Origin: Oligoflexus sp.
Lineage (GTDB): Bacteria; Bdellovibrionota_B; Oligoflexia; Oligoflexales; Oligoflexaceae
NCBI GenBank assembly: GCA_041736305.1
Contig: JBGSTX010000365.1
Span: 1-25,755 of the forward strand
Direction: 5' to 3'
Length of the DNA: 25,755 nt
Below, in pieces: positions 6,435 to 15,334 of the stretch. The stretch's first letter is position 1, and every line of letters starts with the position of its first letter. The notes under the pieces are model-generated. The model saw only the letters and a program-made list of their open reading frames with translations, did no database searches and was not told the DNA's origin. A program made the position numbers and the translations under genes.

Positions 6435-7906
6435 CCTAAAACTCCTTGTTTCCGCCGAAACATGACCAGAAAACTTTTGCATTCTTGAATTGTAACGACT
6501 CGCGTAAGCAGGGCATAGACTGGTACGGCCAGCGCCAGCAGCAGCCGATAACCCAAGGGAAGCGCGATAAGCCTATCGTAGTAGGCCATGCCGAGCCAAC
6601 AAGGGAGAAAGTTGACAAAGACCCCGTAAACTATTTTTCGCTGGAATACCTTGCCCGGAAAAAGAAAGGCCATAGCCACGAAACTGTAGAATTCGCAGAG
6701 GAAAGTGGCGAAACTCACGGCTAAGGCCGCTCCGCCCTCGGGAGACCAGCTTTTGCCGATAGGAATAAAGAGGTAGTCGAGGCCGATGTTCAACACAATG
6801 CCGACGACAAATATGAGGGCCATCTTCCGTCCCGAGCTGCTGAGATTCAAACAGATAGCCATATAGGTGTTTAAATACATCATCGTGAGTACAGGCGAGA
6901 GAAAGCCGAGCACCTTAAAGCTCGGGGTGAAGGACTCACCGTAAAGAAGCCGAGCGATGTGATCGCCAAATATAATGAGTCCCATGCTGAGGGGGAGGGA
7001 GGCGACTAGTAGAAAACGGAGGAGTTGCTGGGCTAGGTCTTGGAAGGACCCGTCCTGGGCTGCAAAAGCCCGGGACAGAGCCGGCGTCAAGGCGTTATGC
7101 ATGACCGGTATCAGCAGGAGAAAGACCCCGATCAACTTATAAGCAGCCCCGAAATACCCAACCTCCTTCACATCGGCAAAGTGCGCGAGCATCGTTGTAT
7201 CAATTTCTGAGTAAACACCGTTGAGAACACCCGCCAAGTAAAAGGGCAGGCTGACTTTGAGTATGGACTTAAGCTGCATGAAGCTCGGCCGACCTTCGAA
7301 GTAACCGCGCTGACGCGATTTCCAGATAAGGTAGCCGAGCCCACAGACTTCCGAGGCTAGATACATGAGGGCAATGAAGGTGAGCGAGGGAAAGAACCAG
7401 AGGACGAGGAGGCAGCTGCATACCAGAATCAGTTTGACCACAACGTTGAGCCGAGAAATGAGTCTTACTTCATCGTGAGCCATGAATATGGTATGAAAAA
7501 TGCTTTTCTGAAAAATTAGAATGGCTGCAAAAGCACCCATGATCAAGGTCACCTTCGTCGTTTCCGCGTCTCTCCCGCTCCAGCTAAGAGTGCCCCAGAG
7601 GAGGAGTCCTAAGACTAGAGCCGCTACGCCCTGCAGTCCGAATATGGTGTTGAGAATATCCTTCGTATGGGTGGGCTGAGCTGGAATGGTTCGATTGATA
7701 TAGGTAGTGATGCCGAGTGGTAGAAAGGTGAAAAAGAGACTGGAGAAAGACTCAGCAAAATAGAAAATGCCCATCTTTTCGGGGCCAAATACTCGCGGCA
7801 AAGCCATGCGCAAAGCCAGCGAGATCAGCATTGTGATCCCGACTGAGATACCCATGATAGACACGTTGTGCGCCAAACGACTATGCAGGGAGGAAGCTTG
7901 ACTCAT
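6431..7906 (-). CDS. wzx: Oligosaccharide flippase (Wzx, MOP superfamily)
   Basis: 491 aa, many TM helices, LPRVFGPEKMGIF, SLPF...YSEIDTTML..EVGYFGAAYKL. Confidence 0.92.
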   Translation of the reverse strand: MSQASSLHSRLAHNVSIMGISVGITMLISLALRMALPRVFGPEKMGIFYFAESFSSLFFTFLPLGITTYINRTIPAQPTHTKDILNTIFGLQGVAALVLGLLLWGTLSWSGRDAETTKVTLIMGAFAAILIFQKSIFHTIFMAHDEVRLISRLNVVVKLILVCSCLLVLWFFPSLTFIALMYLASEVCGLGYLIWKSRQRGYFEGRPSFMQLKSILKVSLPFYLAGVLNGVYSEIDTTMLAHFADVKEVGYFGAAYKLIGVFLLLIPVMHNALTPALSRAFAAQDGSFQDLAQQLLRFLLVASLPLSMGLIIFGDHIARLLYGESFTPSFKVLGFLSPVLTMMYLNTYMAICLNLSSSGRKMALIFVVGIVLNIGLDYLFIPIGKSWSPEGGAALAVSFATFLCEFYSFVAMAFLFPGKVFQRKIVYGVFVNFLPCWLGMAYYDRLIALPLGYRLLLALAVPVYALLTRVVTIQECKSFLVMFRRKQGVLG

Positions 7907-8157
7907 AGACGCTCCGCTTCCTTTCGCTCAAAAGCTGCGAACTTTTTTGGGACTATCCAATAATATGCCTTTTTTTATCATGAGGGAACGCCGAGCTCGA
8001 CCTGGTATTTTGATCGAAGTGAAACTTAGTTCAGCTGCTGCCGTAAGATCACTGGTTTGCCCCAGCGAAAGTGCTGCCTGTCAAAACTTTTTCTTCAGAG
8101 AATGATTTCCCTTGCCGAAGGGCTTAGAAGATTACCCCTCGGTAAAGGTGGGACTCC

Positions 8158-10182
8158 ATGAAAGACCAAAGCGAACAACTTGAAGAAGAACTAATAGGGA
8201 ACTGGGATACGAGCAAACCTCTGCCCGACCAGATCTACTTTATCAAAGTGTTCAAGCGCAACATCTGGCGCCTTATCCTAGGCATAGTCCTAACGCTTCT
8301 AGCTGCCTGGCAGCTTCCCAAATTTGCTAAGAACAGCTATCGCTCCAGCGTTTTCGCGATATTCGATCACGTTGATGTGTCCGGTTCGGGCATGGGTACC
8401 AGTCCTCAGGTTGGCTACAATACCGTCGCCCGCCTTTTTAAGGCTCGCTTCCAGTCACAAGAATTTCTCAATGAAATCGTCCGTAAGATGGGCGGCAAAG
8501 ATGTTTTCCTAGAAGTCAGCGATTTCGATAAAGCGCTGCTCAATTTGAAGGGAAAACTCAAAATCAGCCCTTCTAAAGCTGATGCCGATGACGAAAAGAT
8601 ACAATTGGCTTCCATGCTCGGTAAAATGCTGGATCCCTATCCTGAGCCGGAGTCTGGCGTCCTCGCTCTCAACGCCTACACCGATTCTCCGAAAATGTCG
8701 CAGGATCTGGCGAATCAGGGCATGGAGCTTTTCATCAGGAAGGAGCTTGAGGAACAGATCAATAGCCTCGACATCAAACTCAATTTTCTACAGAAAAATA
8801 CGGTCAAGGTCGCCCCCGTTGTCAGGCGAGTTGTGCCGAGGCCCAAAATCAATAAAGCCGCGCGGGTAGCTTCCCTCAAGACGGAAGATAGGGTTCGGGA
8901 ACTCGAGGATCGGCTCCGTGCTCTCAATATCCAGTACGATAATAATCGCATCGAAAAGGACCAGGCGTTGACCGACATTCAGCGCGAACTGGTGCGTCTG
9001 CAGACCAATCTGCAGCCCAATCATCCACAAGTACTAGAGAAGCGCAAAGAAATTGAACTTATCAGAAATCAGTACGATGGCAACGACGGCAAGTTGAGCT
9101 CTGAAATCGACCTCGTCCGTCGTCAGCTCTCCGCACAGCGTTCTTCGCAAACTCTTCTCACTGAAGAGCTTCCCCCCGAAGTAGAGGAACCGGTCCAAGA
9201 AGCCTATCAGGGCAACTTCAACGTAGCGGTCAACGATCGCATCAAAGATATCGAACTGGAAAAGAAAAACTTGCAGCGGCAGGTTGAAGACCCTTCTTTG
9301 CGGACTCGGATCCGGATTATTTTTCCAGCGACTTATGAACCTTTGCCCTACACCAACCAACGCCGCAACTTCCGCTATGCAACATTGCTTTTGGGGCTGG
9401 GTCTGACATTCTTCTTAATTTGCTTCGGCGAGTTCCGCAATAAAAAGGCCCGCGACGCCTGGCGGATCGAGCGCAGTACAGGCAAAACACTGATCGCGCA
9501 GATCTCGCAAAAAAGTGCTACCGAGTTCGCCAACATTTCGCCTCGACTGGCGGATCAGCTGCGTACGCATCTTTCAAAAATCAATAAGGTCGACGAGCCG
9601 GCTCGTACCTTGCTCTCTTACCGGCGCCTCGAATTGGCTATGATTAAGAACTGCAAAGGACGCTGCATTTTCCTCGTCAATGCCGGGCCCTTCGATGAAA
9701 CGAGCCAGGTGGTTAAGAACTTTCTCAATATTTATGCGACCGATCACCAGGACGACTTTCTCCTCATCGACTGTAATCTGCAGGATCCGGTCTATAAGCA
9801 CATCAGCCGTGGCGGACCCGACTTAGTCGACTTTCTGGAAGGACGCGCACCTTTTGAAGATGTAGTGCTCGAAAGAAAGAAACTGGACGGATTTGCCTTC
9901 GACGTCCTGCCCCCGATGAACAAGTTCAGTGGTAAAAAAACCCGATCTTTCCGCGAAGAAACTATCCAAAAAGTACTGGAGAAGATTCCTAGCAACTACA
10001 AGCAAATCTTCATCCGCTCGATGCCTGAAATGCACTTTATCGAAAACATGGCTCTGCTCAATGCATCGAGCGATGCCTTTATCTTCATTGATGCCAATCG
10101 CACCCATTACTTCGACCTGCATCGGACTCTGAATCATCTCGAGTCCGAAAAGATTCGCGGCCTTGTCGCTATAGGGACCTGA
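8158..10182 (+). CDS. wzc: Polysaccharide co-polymerase (Wzc/GumC-like) with a degenerate C-terminal BY-kinase-like domain
   Basis: Two TM segments flank a coiled-coil periplasmic region with PNHPQV; the C-terminal domain has FLLIDCNL and IRGLV kinase-fold remnants. Confidence 0.8.
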   Translation: MKDQSEQLEEELIGNWDTSKPLPDQIYFIKVFKRNIWRLILGIVLTLLAAWQLPKFAKNSYRSSVFAIFDHVDVSGSGMGTSPQVGYNTVARLFKARFQSQEFLNEIVRKMGGKDVFLEVSDFDKALLNLKGKLKISPSKADADDEKIQLASMLGKMLDPYPEPESGVLALNAYTDSPKMSQDLANQGMELFIRKELEEQINSLDIKLNFLQKNTVKVAPVVRRVVPRPKINKAARVASLKTEDRVRELEDRLRALNIQYDNNRIEKDQALTDIQRELVRLQTNLQPNHPQVLEKRKEIELIRNQYDGNDGKLSSEIDLVRRQLSAQRSSQTLLTEELPPEVEEPVQEAYQGNFNVAVNDRIKDIELEKKNLQRQVEDPSLRTRIRIIFPATYEPLPYTNQRRNFRYATLLLGLGLTFFLICFGEFRNKKARDAWRIERSTGKTLIAQISQKSATEFANISPRLADQLRTHLSKINKVDEPARTLLSYRRLELAMIKNCKGRCIFLVNAGPFDETSQVVKNFLNIYATDHQDDFLLIDCNLQDPVYKHISRGGPDLVDFLEGRAPFEDVVLERKKLDGFAFDVLPPMNKFSGKKTRSFREETIQKVLEKIPSNYKQIFIRSMPEMHFIENMALLNASSDAFIFIDANRTHYFDLHRTLNHLESEKIRGLVAIGT

Positions 10183-10185
10183 AAA

Positions 10186-11628
10186 ATGGCAAAGGCGCTA
10201 TCCAGATACGATACCTTGCTCTGCTGCTTTTTCGGAGCCGCGGTATTTCTGGATATTCCTGCCGCCAAGGCCTACAACGCGCATACGGCGTGGACGGAGA
10301 TCGCCGGACGCTATCTCTTTCACGGAGTGAAAGAGCTGCTAGGTGTCCCTGTGCCTTTGACTCCTTTCGAAGTCGGTAGCTACTTGAGTCTGCTTATGCT
10401 CCTTGCTGCCTATGGCTGGCAGCGGGCCCGGGTCTGGGTCAGTCTCATCTTTTTAGCTCTGCTCTTGCCCTTAGCGACCGGATTTGCCACCATAAGCGGC
10501 ATCATGCGCGGGAACTCCTTGAGCCTAGCGATGACCCAGCTTCACTTCATCCCCCTTTTGAGCGCCTGGCTGGCTATCGGTTATTTCGTAGGTACGCGGC
10601 CTACCCTCTTAGGGCGCCTGCTTCGCATCCTCTATTGGGTCTGTCTCTGGCGTGCCGTCTATGCCCTCTACGTCTACGCTTTTATCTACAAATTTTCGAT
10701 GGGCGACAACGAGTATCTCATCGATCACACGGTGTCAATTTTCTTCGCTTGCGGCATGGTCTATGCGCTTCTTCAGGCCTGGTTTCATCGTTCCGATAAG
10801 CAGATAGTCCTAGCCTACACTGCTAGCGCGCTGCTCCAATTTCTCCCCTTTATGCTCAACGATAGACGAGCCTCTTACGCAGGACTCACGGCTGCTGTCC
10901 TGATGCTGCCTTGGATACTCTCGCGACGCATGCGTCGCGCGCTGCTACGCCCCTACAAATATGCTCTTGTGCTGGGCGTTGGCATGATCGCTTTTTTCTC
11001 GCTCCGGACCACCGATCAGTACAGTTTTGTCGGTGCCTTCAAAACTGAAACCTTAGGCGCAAAAGAGCTGACCTATCGTCATATTGAAAACTACAATCTA
11101 CTGGTCGGCATGATCAAGCAGCCAGTCTTAGGAATGGGCTTCGGTACTCGCTTTCCCAAAGCTATCGAGCTACCCGATATTTCTTTTGCCTTCGAACTCT
11201 TTGATGCGATCCCCCACAACAGCGTCTATTTTCTCTGGGGTTTTGGGGGGCCTATAGGGCTAGCTAGTCTCATGACGCTGAGCTGCGGCCTCCTCTGTGT
11301 CGTCACGCGAGTCGGTCGGCAGGCTCAGAGTAAGTCGCAGATTCTCTTGGCCCTGACAGGTCTGGTTGTGCTGAGCCAGTGGCTCATGTACTGTCTTTTT
11401 GATATGGGTCTCTTGGAGAGCCGTAGCCTTATGCTCGTAGGGATTTTCACAGGCGGGCTGTTTCCCGTCTATGCGCGCAATATATGGGAGCTGTCTTATG
11501 AAAAGTTGGGAAAGAAAAAGCAGCAAGAAACTGATGCAGAATCAGCAGCAGGCGAAGAGCCGCAGCCTCTCTCTCGGCCTGGCCCTCTCATTCCTCCTCC
11601 TCCCGAGTTCGTGCAGCAGTCGCCTTAA
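10186..11628 (+). CDS. wzy: Wzy-like polymerase / O-antigen ligase family membrane protein
   Basis: Multi-TM; NDRRASY, YRHIENYN, PVLGMGFG and PHNSV..W..GGPIG (Wzy_C-like). Confidence 0.8.
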   Translation: MAKALSRYDTLLCCFFGAAVFLDIPAAKAYNAHTAWTEIAGRYLFHGVKELLGVPVPLTPFEVGSYLSLLMLLAAYGWQRARVWVSLIFLALLLPLATGFATISGIMRGNSLSLAMTQLHFIPLLSAWLAIGYFVGTRPTLLGRLLRILYWVCLWRAVYALYVYAFIYKFSMGDNEYLIDHTVSIFFACGMVYALLQAWFHRSDKQIVLAYTASALLQFLPFMLNDRRASYAGLTAAVLMLPWILSRRMRRALLRPYKYALVLGVGMIAFFSLRTTDQYSFVGAFKTETLGAKELTYRHIENYNLLVGMIKQPVLGMGFGTRFPKAIELPDISFAFELFDAIPHNSVYFLWGFGGPIGLASLMTLSCGLLCVVTRVGRQAQSKSQILLALTGLVVLSQWLMYCLFDMGLLESRSLMLVGIFTGGLFPVYARNIWELSYEKLGKKKQQETDAESAAGEEPQPLSRPGPLIPPPPEFVQQSP

Positions 11629-12160
11629 CGGCCTGGATCTCAAGCTTGCACCCCGGGGTCGCACTTTCAATGCCCAGGGTGAATACATTATTGGCCTCAA
11701 CGATAAGCTGAATATACGCGTGATCGGTAACAACGATATTGCCGGAGATTTTACGGTCACTCAGAACGGGACGATCAGCATGCCCCTTATCGGTGCTGAA
11801 CGTGCGGCGGGTCTAAGCGAAAAGGATTTTGCTAGGAGTCTGACCGAACGCTACAAGACTTACTTCAAGAACCCCCAGGTCTCAGTCGGCGTCACGGGTT
11901 ACGAGAGTTACCGCGTGTTCATTACGGGCGAAGTGAGGAAGCCAGGAGTTTACACCTTTCAAGAGAAAACCACTTTGCTCCAAGGTATAGCGGCTTCTGG
12001 CGGCCTCGGCGACTTTGCAAAGGGCAAGATCATCCTTCACCGGGTTGGCAAGTCAGGGGCTGTGGAAAAATATGTTTCCGACTATGAGCAGATACTGGCC
12101 GGGGAAAACAGGCTCGATTCTCTGCTGCTCGAACGTGGCGACGTCATTCACATCTACTGA
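11498..12160 (+). CDS. wza: Short OPX/Wza-family polysaccharide export lipoprotein
   Basis: Hydrophobic signal with Cys (LLPSSC), YIIGLNDKLNIRV..GTISMPLIG (Poly_export), VFITGEVRKPGVY (SLBB), ending LERGDVIHIY. GGGAG RBS precedes ATG 11498; a later ATG is possible. Confidence 0.9.
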   Translation: MKSWERKSSKKLMQNQQQAKSRSLSLGLALSFLLLPSSCSSRLNGLDLKLAPRGRTFNAQGEYIIGLNDKLNIRVIGNNDIAGDFTVTQNGTISMPLIGAERAAGLSEKDFARSLTERYKTYFKNPQVSVGVTGYESYRVFITGEVRKPGVYTFQEKTTLLQGIAASGGLGDFAKGKIILHRVGKSGAVEKYVSDYEQILAGENRLDSLLLERGDVIHIY

Positions 12161-12172
12161 AAGGTCCGCCCC

Positions 12173-12370
12173 ATGTTTGCCAGTCTCTTGATGCTTTTCA
12201 TGATCGCGGCGATGCTAGTACCTGGACTTGTAATGGGTAACGGGAAGACAGCGCTCCGTCCTAAAGTCCTGCTGCAGATTTTTGTCCTGCAGGCGGGGTT
12301 CTTCCTTGCCCTCAGTGTCCTCTGCAAGGCTTTTCCCTGGCTTATCGATCCCCGTATCAATCTATTCTAG
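12173..12370 (+). CDS. Small two-TM hypothetical protein
   Basis: 65 aa with two hydrophobic segments, 12 nt after the wza stop, AAGG RBS. Confidence 0.6.
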   Translation: MFASLLMLFMIAAMLVPGLVMGNGKTALRPKVLLQIFVLQAGFFLALSVLCKAFPWLIDPRINLF

Positions 12371-13590
12371 AAAACCAGGCCGTAGATCATTGTATAGACC
12401 TGGCGCTCGTATTCGCGTTCGCCATCTTGCGTGGCTTGAGCACGCCCTTCTATACCCCACACGCCCCCCATCGGTTGCCGGTCTGAACCGACCTCATGAT
12501 TCCACCGATAGCTTAGATCGATGCTGTCTTCGTGCAGGCGTCCGCCGATCGACTCGACATCATCTTTCGACTTCGTTTGCTGCAGACCAAGTTGGAGACC
12601 GTGATTTTGATTTAGGGAGAGGCCCCAGCTGGCGAAGATCTGATCCGCGACAAAAATAGGATCGCCCGCACGGCGCTGATCGCTTGCGCGACTCATGCCT
12701 AACCTGAAAACGCTGACTCCGCGTAGGCCGCGATTGTCCTTGATATCGGCTCGTTCTTGCTTCTTTTTGGCCTTGAAGGGGTTTTGTTCGGACTGCTCAT
12801 CTTCGGAGCGGTGTTCGGTATTATAGGAAAGCGCGGCGAGATAGAGCAGTCCACTACCTTTCTGCTCGCCTTGACGCCTGATTCCGTATCCTACACTGCC
12901 ATCGAAGCCTAGAGTAGGACTGAGGGCGAGCAGCTGATCGATTGCCAGCTGGGTCTGATGATAGGGTTCCGTATCCTCACCCTGCTGCTCGCTTTGTCGC
13001 AGTCGCAGCTTGCTGGTACTCAGACGACTCGCATTATAGATGTAGGCGAATTCTGCGTCTTGCGTCTGCAGCTCGAAGTCCCCCTGCAGATTGTGGCTAA
13101 GTCCGATTTCGATACCGATGGCGTGTCGGGGATTGAAATTATGCTGGCTCGTGAATCCCAGCTGAATACTGGTAAATGGGGCGGGATCATCGCTCGCGAG
13201 GACCAATTCCACGGGCTGGTTGATAGGGTCATTGCCGCGGGTATGGTCGATACCAAAGGTCAGCGTCTGCGTACTGGAGGGAGCTGGCATCGACAAAGTG
13301 CTGCGGGCGTTCAAAATCTGATAATTTGTACGGGTTTTGAGGCTCTTGCCGAGATTGACTCCGAGATTGTGCTGCCACTGGCTGGCGATGCCTTCGGCCG
13401 TCAGCTTATAGCGACCCTCGAGGCCGGCGACAGGTTCCTCACGCTTGAAATCCTGGTCTATGGATAAGAGCCGGAGATGCTGGTAGCGCATTTCCATACT
13501 TCGCTCGCTTTTCCAAGGAGCAGCCTGGCTAAGAATAGGAGTCAGCAAGCTGAGCAATAGCGAGCCTGCGCGGGGGATTCGCAAGTGCAT
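12367..13590 (-). CDS. Outer-membrane beta-barrel protein (candidate polysaccharide secretion porin)
   Basis: Signal peptide (..LSQA), alternating amphipathic strands and a C-terminal beta-signal YTMIYGLVF. Confidence 0.75.
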   Translation of the reverse strand: MHLRIPRAGSLLLSLLTPILSQAAPWKSERSMEMRYQHLRLLSIDQDFKREEPVAGLEGRYKLTAEGIASQWQHNLGVNLGKSLKTRTNYQILNARSTLSMPAPSSTQTLTFGIDHTRGNDPINQPVELVLASDDPAPFTSIQLGFTSQHNFNPRHAIGIEIGLSHNLQGDFELQTQDAEFAYIYNASRLSTSKLRLRQSEQQGEDTEPYHQTQLAIDQLLALSPTLGFDGSVGYGIRRQGEQKGSGLLYLAALSYNTEHRSEDEQSEQNPFKAKKKQERADIKDNRGLRGVSVFRLGMSRASDQRRAGDPIFVADQIFASWGLSLNQNHGLQLGLQQTKSKDDVESIGGRLHEDSIDLSYRWNHEVGSDRQPMGGVWGIEGRAQATQDGEREYERQVYTMIYGLVF

Positions 13591-13666
13591 GTCACGTCCC
13601 TGTGCATGAACCTTGAACTGAAGATCAGAAGCCGATTTTAGTCTCTATCCGGCGTCGACCTAGCAA

Positions 13667-14440
13667 TCAGGTACCGTCTGGTCTAATGAAAACGACTTTG
13701 AATGTTTGTACCATGATTTTGAGGTCAAACCACAGAGTTCTTTGACGGATATAGCGAATATCGAGGCGAACCCACTCATCGAAATTAATGCGATTGCGGC
13801 CGCTGACCTGCCAGAGGCCAGTCATACCCGGTTTGACCGTCAAACGTTGGAGTTGCCAACGCTTGTAGTTCTTTACTTCTTTGGGTAAGGGCGGACGCGG
13901 CCCGACGAGGCTCATTTCGCCGCGGAGAACGTTGATGAACTGAGGCACTTCGTCGAGACTGAATTTTCTCAAGATACGCCCGACCTTGGTGATGCGGGGA
14001 TCATGCTTGATTTTGAAAACAGGGCCATCCATCTCGTTGCTTTTCAGCAAGGCAGCTTGCATTTTCTCAGCCTTGGTCACCATGGTGCGAAGCTTGTACA
14101 TACGGAAGAGACGTCCGCCTTTACCGACGCGTATCTGGACGTAGAAGATGGGACCGCTACTAGTAAGTTTAATGGCAAGCATGCTGAAAATCAGAATAGG
14201 TCCAAACAGCAAAAGACCGACCACCGCTCCGACGATATCGACAGCGCGGGAAGAGACTTCCACTTCAGGAAGTCTTTTACTGATAGGTATAAGTCCAGGA
14301 GTAAAGCGCTGGACGGTTTCTGTTTCGCCCTTGTTGCGCAGCTCGCGGCGTCTGTCATCTAGCTCGGCCGTGATATAGGTAGGCAGAGGATGAGCCATTA
14401 AGTTGGAGACTCCCTGCTGCTGTCTTGCGTTAGCTTGCAT
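13667..14440 (-). CDS. Priming phosphoglycosyl transferase (Bac_transf, monotopic PglC/WbaP-C type)
   Basis: GPIFYVQIRVG, YKLRTM, DPRITKVGRILRKFSLDEVPQ, GEMSLVGPRP and KPGMTGLWQV. Confidence 0.95.
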   Translation of the reverse strand: MQANARQQQGVSNLMAHPLPTYITAELDDRRRELRNKGETETVQRFTPGLIPISKRLPEVEVSSRAVDIVGAVVGLLLFGPILIFSMLAIKLTSSGPIFYVQIRVGKGGRLFRMYKLRTMVTKAEKMQAALLKSNEMDGPVFKIKHDPRITKVGRILRKFSLDEVPQFINVLRGEMSLVGPRPPLPKEVKNYKRWQLQRLTVKPGMTGLWQVSGRNRINFDEWVRLDIRYIRQRTLWFDLKIMVQTFKVVFIRPDGT

Positions 14441-14505
14441 ACCCCTACCCCTTATCGTGAATGCATTGCATGGTTCAGTGTCGCAGTTTGGTTTCTATAG
14501 AACTC

Positions 14506-14521
14506 TGCAAGTACTGGGCCG
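14506..14521 (-). promoter_or_regulatory. Sigma54-like -24/-12 promoter for the priming transferase and beta-barrel
   Basis: Minus strand CGGCCCAGTACTTGCA (GG-N10-GC with TTGCA), 65 nt upstream of ATG 14440. Confidence 0.5.
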
Positions 14522-14804
14522 CAAGGTTTTTAAGCTTTAATACGAGTCTAGTGAGCGGAAAAGACTAAATTTGCTGGGAGGTCTAGACCCGGGGGATGCG
14601 TCTAAAGCTTGGGCAGTGACTGTCAGGCATTCACTCCAGTGGGTTTGCAAAGTGCTTTATTTACGCTTTGGTATTAGGTGCTTAATGACGACGCTTAACG
14701 GAAGAAAGAATCTGCGCAGGCTACAGTTGGACTTTTCAGGGGCCTTAAGTTTCACTACAATTAGATTCTTACAAAATGCACCTAAGCATATCGGGGATAA
14801 TTCT

Positions 14805-15254
14805 ATGAAAATTACGGCTGTCGTCAGTCTCCTCTTTGTTTTCATCGGCATTTACGCCTGTAAGTCTCAGTCGCGTCAGACGTCGATTGCGGATGCAGTA
14901 AGCCCTGCCTTAAACGATGGAGGAGCAAAACCTTCGGCTGGAGGCTCAGCGGCTTCGCCAAGTTCCGCTGAGCTTCAAACCATTGCGCCAGCTCCGGTAG
15001 ACACCTACGAGCCCCGTTGTAGCTATAAAGGAATCGAAGCCGGTGGCTTCAAAATGGCTTTTGCGGGAGCTAAGGGAAGCAAAGGCTATATGCGTCGGAT
15101 TGCGGGCACCGGCTTCTCTTGTAAGCTAAATCCGGATTCAGATGGTGACAATGCATTGCCGACTTGTAGTGCCGCGTGCCCTGAACAGAAGAGTCCGATG
15201 GAAGGGGAATGGGGTTGGTGTGAAGGAAGTCTCGGATTTGTCTGTTTGAATTAA
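14805..15254 (+). CDS. Lipoprotein with low-complexity linker and C-terminal 6-Cys domain (paralog 1)
   Basis: MKITAVVSLLFVFIGIYAC lipobox, GGGGA RBS, and a C-terminal domain that aligns with 15335-15928. Confidence 0.8.
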   Translation: MKITAVVSLLFVFIGIYACKSQSRQTSIADAVSPALNDGGAKPSAGGSAASPSSAELQTIAPAPVDTYEPRCSYKGIEAGGFKMAFAGAKGSKGYMRRIAGTGFSCKLNPDSDGDNALPTCSAACPEQKSPMEGEWGWCEGSLGFVCLN

Positions 15255-15334
15255 ATTACAAGTTCTATCCGTGTTATATTGGCAAAGGTGCTCTTGGCGA
15301 GCCTTGACAAAAATACTTCCGATAGGTGGTTCGT

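Noticed and set aside
8095-8121. TCAG-N15-GCCGAAGG upstream of wzc as a sigma28 promoter
   Set aside because: The spacing is right but both boxes deviate; too weak without a genome-specific matrix.
14571-14804. N-terminal extension of the 227-aa ORF
   Set aside because: The RBS and lipoprotein signal point to ATG 14805; the extension is likely intergenic.
15304-15330. TTGACA upstream of the second lipoprotein
   Set aside because: No plausible -10 box at 16-18 nt spacing.
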